A DNA stretch of 53,782 nucleotides, taken from positions 1 through 53,782 of IMG/VR virus record IMGVR_UViG_3300034375_007338. One strand, given 5' to 3'. This DNA is from a virus. Its lineage: Duplodnaviria; Caudoviricetes. Shown here in pieces: positions 27,783 through 38,721 of the stretch. How positions within the stretch are numbered: the stretch's first letter is position 1; each line of letters opens with the position of its first letter. Made by a program: the position numbers and the translations under genes. The notes beneath the pieces were generated by a model. It was not told the DNA's origin and did no database searches. It saw only the letters and a list, made by a program, of their open reading frames with translations.

Positions 27783-27943
27783 CCACCTTGGGAGTCAGCC
27801 AGCTTCTTGAGCTGGCTGCTCTTGAGTCCAAGGCGGAAATGTCTGAACAGGCACTCCACCTTTCCAACACGGCCCTTGGCGCACAGGGAAGCGGCAAGGA
27901 CATCAAGAAACGCCTCAAGGAGTTCCAGAAGAACTCACGCTGA
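27611..27943 (+). CDS. -1 frameshift extension of the tail chaperone (GT)
   Basis: In-frame slippery heptamer C CCT TTT at 27611..27617; open -1 frame to stop at 27943, 3 bp before the tape measure gene. Confidence 0.65.
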   Translation, partial: PFFGGGASDAEREAGRRRARRSGRDPQTVDERNDQSWRTVADCVAYLARRGSDPSYLTTLGVSQLLELAALESKAEMSEQALHLSNTALGAQGSGKDIKKRLKEFQKNSR

Positions 27944-27946
27944 CTC

Positions 27947-30900
27947 ATGGCCGAACAAGAAGAACTGAAGCTAATCATCAGCGCCGAGTTCGCTAATGAG
28001 AACGAGTTCGACCGTGTTCAGCGTGAGATCAAACAGCTTGAAACCGCCGTTCGAGACGCCAAGGGGAGGTTCAAAAAGGGCTCCCTGACCCTGGTTGAGA
28101 AGGACGAGCTGTCTCGGCTCAAGAAAGTTCGTGCAGACCTTCGCCTGTTGGTCGCGGAAGAGAACAAGCTCAACGAGGCGATCAGGAAGACAGCAACCTC
28201 AAACGTCAGCCTTCGCAAGGCACAAAACGAGGGCGGCAAGACCTACGTCGAAGGACTCAAGCTGAGTCGCCAGCAGAACAAGCAGCTGCTGAAAGAAACA
28301 AACGCGCGAATCACGGAGGTTAAGCGCGAGTCGAGGCTTCAGGCAGAACTGAACCGGAGGAGAAAAGAGTCCGGCGCGGTCACGGGAAGAGACAAGGAGG
28401 GAAGGTTTGCGACAAAGGTCCCTATTGTCGAGCGGGCGTTTAAGGCAAGCGAATCCTCGATCAAGCAACTGACTCAAGAAAGGGTCAAACTTGAGCAGAA
28501 GCGAGCAATCATTCTCGCGGAACTGCAACGGCAAGAAGCCGACATAGAAAGAACCAAGACGCGACAGCTCAAGGCCACGCAGACCCTTCGTGCGGCTGAA
28601 GCTCAGATTGTCGCCAAGGCCGACGAAAGGCTGGCCAGCGAGAAGTCCAAGCTCGCTTCCGAGAAAGGGACGTTGCTGAGGCTTCAAGAGGAGCAAGCTC
28701 TTCGGAAGGCAAACCTGCGTCTTGCGAAGGTGGAGAGGTCGTTGGCCGCTGACCGATTGGCGCAGCCGGGCGAGAAGCTCTCTCCGGTAGGTCGTCTTGC
28801 ACTTCAGACCGAATTCAACTCGGCACAGGCAGACCTTGCTCGCGTAGTCAGGAGCAGCAACAAGGAGGTCAAGAAGCAGAACGAGTTCTTCAATCGCCTG
28901 AAGGGCACCGTCCGAGGCGTGGTCGTTGGTCTCGTAGTGTACCGAGGCATTACGCGAAGCATTGACGCCGTTAAGTTCGGGCTCAAGAACGCTGTGGAGT
29001 TCGGCAATGAGCTTGAGACTGCGAGACTTTCAGTAGCGGGTCTTGTGGCAGGTGCTTCGGACATCGTTGACAGTCAAGGCAACCTGCTCCAAGGGGCTGA
29101 GAAGTACGCAGAGGCCCTGAAGATTTCCAGGGTCGAGATTACTGAGATCCGCAAGCAGGCCCTGGGCACAACCGCGACGTTTGAACAGCTGCTGACGATC
29201 TACCAGCAGAACGTCAGTCAGGCCCTAGGCAACGGCTTGGACCTCAGTCAATTCCGCGAGGTGGCGTTGCTCTTCTCGCAGGGTGCCACGCTTCTCGGGG
29301 TGCCGCAGACCCAGCTTGCTGAAGAGATCCGCTCGGTGCTTCAGGGCACCGTTCGCCCGCGAGACACGCGAATTGCCACGGCGCTCGGAATTACGAACCC
29401 GGACATCCGCAAGGCAAAAGAAGCGGGCAGGCTGTTCGAGTTTATTCAGGAGAAGTTCTCGGGTATTGCTGAGGCTTCTGAGGCTCTGCGTAACACGCTC
29501 CCGGTCATTGCTTCCGACCTTGAGGATGCGTTCCGGTTGGCAGGTGCAGCGGGCACCGAACAACTGAGAGACACCTTGGGACGGGTTGGCTCTGAGGTTA
29601 GGGACGCTCTTTCAAACGACGAAGCTCAACGCGAACTGGCTACGTTTATCCAGTTCTTGGTCGAGCCGTTCGACGAGATCACTGAAATCCTGGGCAGGGA
29701 CGGTCAGCCATTCGGGGAGCTGATCGGGCTTCTGGCAAAGGGCTTTTTCGAGCTTGGCGAGTCTGCGGCACTGGTAGCTACCGCGTTCGCCCCGCTCGTG
29801 CAGGTGTTTAACATCCTGTTCAGTGTCGCACTTGGTCTTCTTGAAGCTGTTCAAGAGCTTTCAGGGAGTGCGCTAGGTAGGGCACTAAGTTCGTTTGCCG
29901 CGATTGCAACGGCCAGCTTGTCGGCATCGGCAGCTCTCAAGTTGCTGATCTTCCTGACCCCGAAGCAGATCACTGCGGGCATTGGAAAACTGGTCACTGC
30001 GACTAGGTCGCTGACTTTCAGTTTGGCCGGGCTCAAGGCGGCAGCACTTGCGGTCAACTCCGCGTTCCTGGCGACTCCGCTACTGATCTTGGCAGGGATC
30101 GTTGCAGTTGAAAAGTTCGCTGCATCGTTGCCTGGGCTGAACGCAAATCTTGAAGCAGCAGCTAACGGACTCAAGGTCACTATCGGGATCGCCAAGCGTT
30201 TCTTCTCCGGCGAGTTCGGGGCTGCGGGGAATTTTGCCGCTGAAGCCAAGCTTGTCCAAGACCAAGTCAAAGAACTACGCAACGCGCAGCGCGTGCTGAG
30301 GATCTACGAGGATCAAAAGAGAAAAGCGCGTGGCGCGTCCCTAGCTGAATCCGAGCGCATTGACAAACGCATTCAGGAGCGCATTGACCAAATCAGCAAC
30401 CTGGAAACTGAGATAAATAGGTTCATCAGTGTCAGTCCGTTCAAAGAAGACTTGGAGGGGCTTACGCCAGAGGGCGGCGTCGGGCTGGACGGGTTCTCTG
30501 ACGATCTCTTTGAGGCGATCTCGTCAGGGGTTCGCTCTCTCAGCAATAAACTGTTTGGGCTCGGGGAAGATATCGGAGAGGGCATTTCCGCCGGAGCAGT
30601 CTCCAAGCTGCTGACTGCCGAGGACTTCGCCAAATCTCTCAGGGAGTTCAACCGTGGTTTTCAGGGAGAGTTGGCGGCTGCTCAGGCAGGCGCTCTGGGC
30701 ACGGGCACAGAGGATGTGATCAAATCCCTGAACGAGGCCCTGGTCGAGACAGAAAAGAAGAACGAAGCACTCCTTCGCACGCAGAAAGAGATCAACGAGG
30801 CGATCAAAACTCAGAGCGCCTTCAGTAGCAGATTGCTGCTACTGAAGGCGCAGCGTAAGCTGATCGACGCGGACCTGAAACAGGGAGAGAAGGACCGCCT

Positions 30901-32206
30901 GGAGCTAGTCACCAAGCAGCTTGAGATTTTGAACGCTCAAGCCGACGTGCAGCAACGCCCCGACCTTCAAACTGCGGAGCGTCTGCGTCAGGTGCCCGTG
31001 TTCGGTCCATTGGGGGATCAGCTTCGTCAGGTCATTGAAGGGGGCTCTCAAATTCGAGAGAACCTGATCGAGCGCGAGCAGATCTTGAAGCGGGTCGAGG
31101 CCCGCAACGAGGGAGTGGCTGCTGCGGAACTACTGCTGGCGAAACTTGGCCAACGCTACCCTCAGGAGAACGCGGCGTTCAAAGAGTTCGTGAGGCTGGC
31201 GAAACAGCGCAACGAGGTAGATCTCGACTCTGCCGAGATCCTGAAGCTCCAGAACGAGGAAATCGACAAGCAGCTAGAGCGCACACGGAAGCTCCTGTCG
31301 TTGAGCAACGTGGGCCGGGGCGGCGCGGGCGCGATTGACACGCTCAGTAGCCAACTGACTACCGAGGCGATCTCCCAGACCCTGTTCACGGGCACGTTCC
31401 AGACGCTGCAAGCCGGGGTCAAGAACGCCGCTACGACGGCGCTTCAGGCAGCATTCACTGGTGAAGACGTGGACTTCGGGCTGCTCGCCCGACGTCTGGG
31501 CCAAGACCTCGCGAACCAGTTCGTCAACGCGGTGATCGACAAGTTCCTGTTCCAGCCCCTGCTGAACGGCCTCTCGGAGCTGTTCGGTCTTCAGCTCTTC
31601 AACAACATCGCGTTGGAGACGAACACGGCTGCACTCGTTAGTCTGACAACCGCGTTGTACGCTCAACAGGCCCAGGCAGCGTTTTCTGGGCTGGGTGTGT
31701 CGGCAACTCCTAGTCGGGCCGGGGTCCTGACGGGTGCTGCCGCCAATGCACTTGGGGGACCGATAACGGCAGGAGCGCATACGGGGCCGGGTGCAGTTTC
31801 CAGTACCCTGGCGCTCCCTTCAGCGCCTCACAACGGCGACCCCAGGGACACGATCCCGGCGTTCCTGCGGCCCGGCGAGTACGTCGCCACACCCGAGATG
31901 GAGCGGCGTGCTCCTGGGCTCTTCTACGCGCTTGAGAAGCTCCGGCGCGGGGTCCACGGCCTGCCGAACTTCGGGTCGCTCAGGAACGCTCCCAAGGGCT
32001 TTGCAACGGGCGGTCCTGCCTCGGGCACTCTTCGCACGGCAGACCAACTGGCAAGCTCCAACCAGGGCACCGCAGTTCTCCCGGTGCTGGTCACGGACGA
32101 GCGCAGCATGAGGCGCATTCACGACAACCCGCAATTCGTGGCAGGGATCAACAAGCGGACTAACCAGCAGGCCCTGCGGATGCTCAACAAGCGTCCTATG
32201 CGCTAA
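27947..32206 (+). CDS. Tape measure protein
   Basis: 1419 aa, helical/coiled-coil, central hydrophobic region, C-terminal PAFLRPGEYV and GFATGG motifs. Confidence 0.9.
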   Translation: MAEQEELKLIISAEFANENEFDRVQREIKQLETAVRDAKGRFKKGSLTLVEKDELSRLKKVRADLRLLVAEENKLNEAIRKTATSNVSLRKAQNEGGKTYVEGLKLSRQQNKQLLKETNARITEVKRESRLQAELNRRRKESGAVTGRDKEGRFATKVPIVERAFKASESSIKQLTQERVKLEQKRAIILAELQRQEADIERTKTRQLKATQTLRAAEAQIVAKADERLASEKSKLASEKGTLLRLQEEQALRKANLRLAKVERSLAADRLAQPGEKLSPVGRLALQTEFNSAQADLARVVRSSNKEVKKQNEFFNRLKGTVRGVVVGLVVYRGITRSIDAVKFGLKNAVEFGNELETARLSVAGLVAGASDIVDSQGNLLQGAEKYAEALKISRVEITEIRKQALGTTATFEQLLTIYQQNVSQALGNGLDLSQFREVALLFSQGATLLGVPQTQLAEEIRSVLQGTVRPRDTRIATALGITNPDIRKAKEAGRLFEFIQEKFSGIAEASEALRNTLPVIASDLEDAFRLAGAAGTEQLRDTLGRVGSEVRDALSNDEAQRELATFIQFLVEPFDEITEILGRDGQPFGELIGLLAKGFFELGESAALVATAFAPLVQVFNILFSVALGLLEAVQELSGSALGRALSSFAAIATASLSASAALKLLIFLTPKQITAGIGKLVTATRSLTFSLAGLKAAALAVNSAFLATPLLILAGIVAVEKFAASLPGLNANLEAAANGLKVTIGIAKRFFSGEFGAAGNFAAEAKLVQDQVKELRNAQRVLRIYEDQKRKARGASLAESERIDKRIQERIDQISNLETEINRFISVSPFKEDLEGLTPEGGVGLDGFSDDLFEAISSGVRSLSNKLFGLGEDIGEGISAGAVSKLLTAEDFAKSLREFNRGFQGELAAAQAGALGTGTEDVIKSLNEALVETEKKNEALLRTQKEINEAIKTQSAFSSRLLLLKAQRKLIDADLKQGEKDRLELVTKQLEILNAQADVQQRPDLQTAERLRQVPVFGPLGDQLRQVIEGGSQIRENLIEREQILKRVEARNEGVAAAELLLAKLGQRYPQENAAFKEFVRLAKQRNEVDLDSAEILKLQNEEIDKQLERTRKLLSLSNVGRGGAGAIDTLSSQLTTEAISQTLFTGTFQTLQAGVKNAATTALQAAFTGEDVDFGLLARRLGQDLANQFVNAVIDKFLFQPLLNGLSELFGLQLFNNIALETNTAALVSLTTALYAQQAQAAFSGLGVSATPSRAGVLTGAAANALGGPITAGAHTGPGAVSSTLALPSAPHNGDPRDTIPAFLRPGEYVATPEMERRAPGLFYALEKLRRGVHGLPNFGSLRNAPKGFATGGPASGTLRTADQLASSNQGTAVLPVLVTDERSMRRIHDNPQFVAGINKRTNQQALRMLNKRPMR

Positions 32207-33612
32207 TGCCGTTCCGAAGCCTGACATCTACGGTGTCTGCTTTCACGCGGACAATGGAGTCTCAGCCGCTTGAGTTGGGAAGGCCCGCCTACGCCCACCA
32301 CAATTGGAAAGACGAATTCCGGGTCTCAACCTCGTATGAAGTGGAGACGCTGGCCAGCACGTTCGGCAACCGCGAGCAGTACACAGCCTTGGACGTGCGC
32401 CCTCTTCGGGCAGCCAGCTTCTCAGCTATCTCGGACGAGATCAAGGCAGGCTTCCTTGAGCAGTTCTTGGCTCGGACGAGCCCTGACATCTCCGCTACTC
32501 TGGCGAACGCCTACGACTTCTTTGGCTTTGGTCTGGGCAAGTCGTGGAAGCTGCCTCTGGACTGTGACTCGACTGAAATCGTCAACATGACAGCGACGTA
32601 CATCGTCGTCGAGGGTCTAGACACCCGCAGGTTCTTTGAAGGGCAGGGAGTGTTCCTGGTGCCTCCGTACAACACGCCGCTGCTTCGCTTCAACGGCACG
32701 ACTGAGCTACCTGCCCTGTACGCGGTAATTCAGCCGGGCAGCATGACCGCTGGCGACCCAAACCGCCTAGTGCTGACGCCCGACCCGCAAGGGTTTCAAA
32801 CTGACGTAGACCCGCCCCTGGCCCTAGGTTGGCGGGTAGTTCCGGTGATGGATTGTTTGCCGTTGCTCGAAGTGCCTTCGTCGTACACCACGGCCAAGGT
32901 GATCGAAGCGGAAATCTCAGGCGAAGAGTACCCTGGCATCAACGTAATCCCCTCTTCGCAGCCTGCCGGGACGACCCCTTCTGGCTACAGCACGTTCACA
33001 GGACAGAGCGGCGCGGCCCGCCTAGTGTTCCCCGTAGACCACAACTGGGCAGAGGCGCTTAAAGTCAGCTACGTCCGCCCAGGCAACTCTGGTGCGGGCA
33101 GTTTGACGAGAATGTCGGGGTTCCGTCCCCGTTGGTCGATGGAGGTCACGTCGCTGACAGTGACCCGACAGGAGTGGTACTCGATCCTTCAGGCGTTCGA
33201 CTCTACCCAGGGCGGCGCTAGGCCCATGTGGGTTGTCAGCCCTACGGTCATCTACGAGAAAGCACAGCGGGCTAGCAGCACTAGGTTGGTCGTACCGATC
33301 GGGGGCAACCTTCAAGACTTCCTGAACACGACCACCGCGACAGCTTTTCAGTACGACGGGGACTGGTACGTCAACGAGATCTCTGCGGGCAGTCCTGTGG
33401 TCGGAGGGGCGGGGCGGGTGACTGCTTGGAACCTGGACATGCACAACACCGTGTTTCAGATTCCCGGCACCAACTTGACTCCTTGCCTGCACCGTGCTTT
33501 TGCTGGTAGGTTCTCAGGTGCGTTGGAGGAGAAGTGGATCACCCGCGATATTTGCGAGGTCTCCTTCACCATCGTCGAGTGTGAGGACAAGGTCCCCGAG
33601 GAACTGACATGA
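32206..33612 (+). CDS. Distal tail protein (DUF2460-like, apparently duplicated domain)
   Basis: Follows tape measure; two HNW-initiated halves. Confidence 0.6.
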   Translation: MPFRSLTSTVSAFTRTMESQPLELGRPAYAHHNWKDEFRVSTSYEVETLASTFGNREQYTALDVRPLRAASFSAISDEIKAGFLEQFLARTSPDISATLANAYDFFGFGLGKSWKLPLDCDSTEIVNMTATYIVVEGLDTRRFFEGQGVFLVPPYNTPLLRFNGTTELPALYAVIQPGSMTAGDPNRLVLTPDPQGFQTDVDPPLALGWRVVPVMDCLPLLEVPSSYTTAKVIEAEISGEEYPGINVIPSSQPAGTTPSGYSTFTGQSGAARLVFPVDHNWAEALKVSYVRPGNSGAGSLTRMSGFRPRWSMEVTSLTVTRQEWYSILQAFDSTQGGARPMWVVSPTVIYEKAQRASSTRLVVPIGGNLQDFLNTTTATAFQYDGDWYVNEISAGSPVVGGAGRVTAWNLDMHNTVFQIPGTNLTPCLHRAFAGRFSGALEEKWITRDICEVSFTIVECEDKVPEELT

Positions 33613-34490
33613 GCCTACAGAGCGAGTCACAGATCAGCGTATTGACGGTCACGTTTAGCTACGCCAACTACAACCCTTCGGGCGGGCTGGAGTCGCCGCT
33701 GCGGCTGGCCGACACGCACAACAACTTCAACGTGCAGGACGCTCAAGGAGACACCTTGACGTTTTCGCCTGAGCCGACGCTTCAGGTTGAACTGCCTGAG
33801 CGCAACGGCTCGTTGGAGGAAGATGACGCCATCATCACCCTCAGCTCAGTTTCGGCCAACATCCAGCCGTTTCTGAACATGGTCTCAGGCCGCTCGCACC
33901 CGACAGTGACCGTCGAGGTGGTGGAGTACATCATCGAAGATCAGAGCATCACGCTCGAAGCCACCGAATGGGCGTACTTGTTTTGTGGCAAACTGCTGAC
34001 GGTCGAGGTCAATACAGACGGGGCCGAGGGCGTGTTCAAGCTCACTTGCCTCAACCCGAAGCAGCGCACCGAGAAAGCCTTGGACAGCCTCGCCCTTGAG
34101 AAGTGCCGCAACGATTTCGCCTCAGGCAAGGTTTGCAAGTTCAACCTGACTAATGCGCTGGAGACCGGGACGGCAAGCTCGGCTTCAGGCAATGAGATCA
34201 CCATCACGGGGCTCCCCAATAAGCCCCCTGGGCATTGGCAGGACGGTTACGTTGACTTCGGAGGACATCGGGTTCACATCAAGTACTGGCGTGAGGGCAA
34301 CGACTTCGTCCTGAACCAAGCTGTGCCAACCTACTGGGAAGAGGCCGGGTCCTTTCCTGTTCAGGTGGCTCCAGGGTGTAACAAGGGCCTCCAGAACTGC
34401 ACTTCGTTCGGGCAGACCGAGAACTTCAGAGGCATCGGGGTCGAAATTCCTGACCACCACCCCGTCTTCGCGAAGCCCGTGGCTCAGTGA
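33609..34490 (+). CDS. Baseplate hub protein (DUF2163 / BR0599-like)
   Basis: C..C and PGCNK...C..F...NFRG C-terminal motif. Confidence 0.8.
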   Translation: MSLQSESQISVLTVTFSYANYNPSGGLESPLRLADTHNNFNVQDAQGDTLTFSPEPTLQVELPERNGSLEEDDAIITLSSVSANIQPFLNMVSGRSHPTVTVEVVEYIIEDQSITLEATEWAYLFCGKLLTVEVNTDGAEGVFKLTCLNPKQRTEKALDSLALEKCRNDFASGKVCKFNLTNALETGTASSASGNEITITGLPNKPPGHWQDGYVDFGGHRVHIKYWREGNDFVLNQAVPTYWEEAGSFPVQVAPGCNKGLQNCTSFGQTENFRGIGVEIPDHHPVFAKPVAQ

Positions 34491-34954
34491 TGCAGTTCAC
34501 CAGGAAAGCCATCAGTCCCGACGCCGAGGCGTCCCTGAAAGCGGCCATCGCGCCTTGGGTAGGGACTCCGTACCGCCCTGGGCACCAGCAGCCTGGAGTA
34601 GGTTGTGATTGTAGGTCTTTCGTCCTGGGCGTTCTTGATCAGCTGTACGGCACCGAGACTGTGCTGGAGCTTCTGCCCGAGGACGCGGCGTTGCATCAAC
34701 CCGAAATCTCGCGCAGCTTCCTTCGCAAGATGGCTAGGTTGTGGGACGTGCAGAAGGTGACCGACAGCACGCTGGAGCCAGGGGACGTAATCATCTGCGC
34801 CTATCCCGGTGCTGGTCCGACCCACGTCATACTGTCTGGTCCCTGGCCTCGCTTCTACCACGCGACATCGGACGGCGTTGCCATGACGAGCTTTGGTTTG
34901 TCGGGGCTTGAGTTTCACTCGCACTATCGCCTTCCCGGCAAGGAGAACTGGTAA
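34487..34954 (+). CDS. NlpC/P60 tail-associated peptidase
   Basis: WVGTPY..GCDC..F, PGD, H..H catalytic pattern. Confidence 0.88.
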   Translation: MMQFTRKAISPDAEASLKAAIAPWVGTPYRPGHQQPGVGCDCRSFVLGVLDQLYGTETVLELLPEDAALHQPEISRSFLRKMARLWDVQKVTDSTLEPGDVIICAYPGAGPTHVILSGPWPRFYHATSDGVAMTSFGLSGLEFHSHYRLPGKENW

Positions 34955-37900
34955 TGGCTGATCCCGTCACGATCATCACGTTTGCGTCCAAGGTGGCGGC
35001 TGGTTTCTTGGTCGGTCAGGTGCTGCGAAGCATCTTCAAGCCTGACTCCCCTAAGGCCGAGACTCCTGAGTTTCGCTCCACCAAGGCTACGCGGGGGGAT
35101 CAACTGCCTCTGTTGGTCGGGCGAGACCTGCTAGCGCCGCTAGTGCTCTCTGAATGGAACCGCGAGGTTCGTCTAGAGTCACAGTCTACCGCAGGCGGCA
35201 AAGGGGTTGGAGCCGGGGGCGGGGGCCTCACGAACGAAGTCTTTTACGCTTCGTACTTGATGGGCGTGTGTGTCGGCCCGGCGCACCGCTTGCTTGAGAT
35301 CAAGTACAACGGCGAACGCATCTGGCCAATGCCTACTTCTGGCGGGGCCAGCGAATACCCCAACGGAGTGCGGGCTCACGAGGCTCCTTCAGGCACTCAG
35401 TTCTCTACGGGGAGGACGGCCAGTGACCCCGAGTCGCCAGGGCCGTTCAGGATCTATTGGGGCGAAGAGGACCAGCCCGTTGAGACGGACGCATTCGGGC
35501 CAGTCGGCGGCGGGTTTCCTACGCAGACCCGGCTCCCCTTTGTGTGCTACCTGTACTGGCCTTCGTTGCGCCTGGGCGGCGCGGGCACACTGGGCAACTT
35601 CCAGGTCGATATTGAGTCTCGTCCGTACAACGACAACAACCGCTACGGCGCGGACGGAACCGACAGCTACGAAGATGTCGTGTCGGTGAGCGGAACAAAC
35701 CTGGGAGGCACCTCAGACCCTTGGTTCCGTAACGCCAGGAAGATCGACGAAGCGAACTGCTTCGACGTGCTGTTTTACTATGTAAGCAGCCCTAACCTGC
35801 CGAACAACTCGATTCGGATCATTGGAGACGCCTCTACGGAGCTTGCCGCAGGCGCTTACTTGGCTCTGAAGTACGAGCCCGGTAGTGTGGGCGGCACGGA
35901 GCTGCCGATCGCTTATGGGAGGTCATACGGGGCGACCTACGACGCCACCAGCGTGTTCACTGCACCCGATACGGTATACCAAGATCGAGCCCTGGAGACC
36001 GATGCGCTGACGTACTGGGCCGAAACCGCGACCCAAGGCACCGAGTCTAAGGCAGCTCCTCTGACCTCAGGCCCTCCTGGGGTTGACCCTACCAACTATC
36101 ACGGAGTCCGGTACACGTCTCAGGGGACGTTTGCTGCCAAGACTCTGAAGCTGACCCGAGATTTGGCACCTGGGGCGTCGGGCTACTTGCCCCCCGGCGG
36201 GTCTACCGAGGAAGACTTCGGAGACGGTTTCTCGTGGTTTGAAGGCTACTTCCATGTGTCGAGTTTGATCATCGTCGAGGACCACACCGCGACGGTGGCC
36301 CTTAGGTCGGACGCAACCTCTTCATCTCTTGAGTCGGGGTCAGTTCAAATCGACTGGCCGGGTGGAAATCAAGGACAGCCGACGCTGGGAACCATTCAGG
36401 GAGATGTCACGGTCACGGACTTCCTCAACCTAGGGCCCCGTTGGTGCTTCCTTAGGTTTGGGCTCGCCACAGGTGCGAGCAGCTCCGTAAACACCATTGA
36501 CGCCACCGACCAGATCCAGGTTGATGTGACGTTTGCTAGCGTTCAAGGCGGGCTGTATGGGGAGATGTGGCTTCGAAAGCCGGACGCTCCTTCCGCAGGG
36601 GGGCAGTTTCAGCCCGCGCTCCGGTTCGCTCCGTACTTGAGCATTCAAGGCACGACGGTGGTAGAAACCGACTTCGACCTAACCGGAAGAGTTAACTTTG
36701 TCGGTGAGGTTTGTCCTTACGTCGTGGACGCCGATGGGGACGCTGGCGCGAACGCCGCGCATATCCTCTACCAGCTGATGTTCGACACGGATCCGCACGG
36801 GCTGGGGTTGGACCCAAGCTGCTGGGATCTGACCTCACTTCAGGCCATTGCTACGACGCTCGACACCGAGGGGATCCGGTGCCACCTGATCGTCGAAGAC
36901 TACGCGACTGTCAAAGAGCGTCTGTCGGCACTGATGCTGGAGGTTGGCATTGATGTGACGTGGGACCTTGTGCAAGGCAAATACGTCTTTGGGCTGAGAA
37001 GGCCCGCAGCTCCTGTGACTTCGGTTCCTCAGGAGTTGATGACGAAAACGGTGCCTGCCAGGACCCGCAAGCTGGAGTCAGACCCGACCAAGACCATCGT
37101 CTTCACTTACAAGTCTGCGTCCGAGGAGTACCAGACGCGCAGCATCGAGGCTGACGAACACGGCAACGTACAGGTCGCTGAACGCTCCGGGGTCGAGAGA
37201 GACGACCTCAGAACCCCGAGGGACGTTATTGCTGGACAGCTGATCGCTTCACGTCGAGCGTCTGAGGAACAGTCCAAGACCTCGATCACGAAGTTCAAGC
37301 TGATGCGGGACGCGATGACGCTTCGGTCCAATGACGTGATCGACGTTTCAGCCATCACCAATGACAGCCTGGCCCACCGCATCTTGTCGGTCAACGTCCA
37401 GCCAAAATCCAGAGAGGTGGATGTCACTGCCTACCCTGAGTCGTTCCTGCTGGACGAAGATCCCATCACTTTCGACGTAGGCGGGCCTAGCTATTTCCCA
37501 GCACCTATCACGTCAGACTTGTCCTCGGGCACGTTCAACACGAACGAAGGGATTGTGGTGCTTCGCCTGCCAACAGACAAGCGAGCCACCCAGGGCGTTG
37601 TGCTCGCGTCGGAAGACGGGGTTTCGTACTGGACCGTGGGGAGCGTGCCTGGAGTAGGCGGCGGCTACTGGACATCTACCGATGTGACCAACATCACGTT
37701 CTACACGCCAGTGCCCATGTTCACCGACGCGGTGCCGCGAGCCGACGCATCAAACGCGAGCAGCTCAGTCATGCGAGGGGCCACCAGTCGGGGAGAGATG
37801 TTCACGTTCCGAAGCATCGTCGATCTGGGTGGCGGGGTGTATCGAGTCGAGGGTTGTTTGAGGCCGACCCCGGTGACTCTGTCGGACGGAGACTTTGTGT

Positions 37901-38352
37901 ACGTCTACCGGGACGGTCAGGTGCCTCCTGTAAGAACTAGCTTGCCTGTGTCGGCAGGGAGGCAGTTCAAAGTGGTTCCTGCTTCGTCCACTTCGCTAGG
38001 AAACGCTGCCGCCGCGCCTGCAATGACTGAGGTTGATGCAAGAACCGCCACTGAAGGTGAAATGCCCTCGGGTGGATTGCCGGGGCAGGTTCTTGTGAAG
38101 TCAAGCGGCGACGACTACGACGCAACTTGGGAAACTCAGGACCCCCCGGAAGTTCAAGACGGGGTAGGATACTACGACGTGCCTGAGAACTACTTCTACG
38201 TCACCTTCGGGCAAGACGGCAACTGGGAAGCCGTTCGTTACAGAGAGACTGACGAGTCCACAGGCCCTCAGCTGGGCACGATGCCGACGACCTTGAACGC
38301 CCTTAAACTACTCGACTACACCGAAGCCGGGCCTCCCTCGCCCGCACCCTGA
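34954..38352 (+). CDS. Central tail tip / host-specificity protein (RcGTA megatron-like)
   Basis: N-terminal LPLLVG, YWGEEDQP, ANAAHILYQL..GLG motifs; synteny after NlpC/P60. Confidence 0.8.
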   Translation: MADPVTIITFASKVAAGFLVGQVLRSIFKPDSPKAETPEFRSTKATRGDQLPLLVGRDLLAPLVLSEWNREVRLESQSTAGGKGVGAGGGGLTNEVFYASYLMGVCVGPAHRLLEIKYNGERIWPMPTSGGASEYPNGVRAHEAPSGTQFSTGRTASDPESPGPFRIYWGEEDQPVETDAFGPVGGGFPTQTRLPFVCYLYWPSLRLGGAGTLGNFQVDIESRPYNDNNRYGADGTDSYEDVVSVSGTNLGGTSDPWFRNARKIDEANCFDVLFYYVSSPNLPNNSIRIIGDASTELAAGAYLALKYEPGSVGGTELPIAYGRSYGATYDATSVFTAPDTVYQDRALETDALTYWAETATQGTESKAAPLTSGPPGVDPTNYHGVRYTSQGTFAAKTLKLTRDLAPGASGYLPPGGSTEEDFGDGFSWFEGYFHVSSLIIVEDHTATVALRSDATSSSLESGSVQIDWPGGNQGQPTLGTIQGDVTVTDFLNLGPRWCFLRFGLATGASSSVNTIDATDQIQVDVTFASVQGGLYGEMWLRKPDAPSAGGQFQPALRFAPYLSIQGTTVVETDFDLTGRVNFVGEVCPYVVDADGDAGANAAHILYQLMFDTDPHGLGLDPSCWDLTSLQAIATTLDTEGIRCHLIVEDYATVKERLSALMLEVGIDVTWDLVQGKYVFGLRRPAAPVTSVPQELMTKTVPARTRKLESDPTKTIVFTYKSASEEYQTRSIEADEHGNVQVAERSGVERDDLRTPRDVIAGQLIASRRASEEQSKTSITKFKLMRDAMTLRSNDVIDVSAITNDSLAHRILSVNVQPKSREVDVTAYPESFLLDEDPITFDVGGPSYFPAPITSDLSSGTFNTNEGIVVLRLPTDKRATQGVVLASEDGVSYWTVGSVPGVGGGYWTSTDVTNITFYTPVPMFTDAVPRADASNASSSVMRGATSRGEMFTFRSIVDLGGGVYRVEGCLRPTPVTLSDGDFVYVYRDGQVPPVRTSLPVSAGRQFKVVPASSTSLGNAAAAPAMTEVDARTATEGEMPSGGLPGQVLVKSSGDDYDATWETQDPPEVQDGVGYYDVPENYFYVTFGQDGNWEAVRYRETDESTGPQLGTMPTTLNALKLLDYTEAGPPSPAP

Positions 38353-38355
38353 TTT

Positions 38356-38718
38356 ATGTCTCACGCCCTCATCATCACCGCGAAGCCCAGCGGCGGCTTG
38401 ACCTACGACGACAACGATGTCGTTCAGATCCTTGACGGCCACCAGAACCCTGGGTCGGCAGTCACGCCGACCGAGAGTGGGTTCCTGTTCTGCTACATCA
38501 GCGACAAGGACCACGACGACCCCGACGTGCTCGCGCTCATGCAGCCGTGGGAGGACGACACTCAGGACCCGCCGGAGCAGCTCGGCAAGCGTCGGTATCA
38601 GGTGACGCTCACGGGCTCGGAGTTCGAGACGTGGGTGCCTGAGGACGAGGCGCACGACGCTGGGATCGAAAAGACCTGGGCCGAGATTCAGGCGATCACG
38701 ATCGACAAGGAGGCGTGA
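38356..38718 (+). CDS. Acidic hypothetical protein, possible partner or chaperone of the large adhesin
   Basis: Strong codon bias; 3 bp before the adhesin start. Confidence 0.75.
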   Translation: MSHALIITAKPSGGLTYDDNDVVQILDGHQNPGSAVTPTESGFLFCYISDKDHDDPDVLALMQPWEDDTQDPPEQLGKRRYQVTLTGSEFETWVPEDEAHDAGIEKTWAEIQAITIDKEA

Positions 38719-38721
38719 TCC

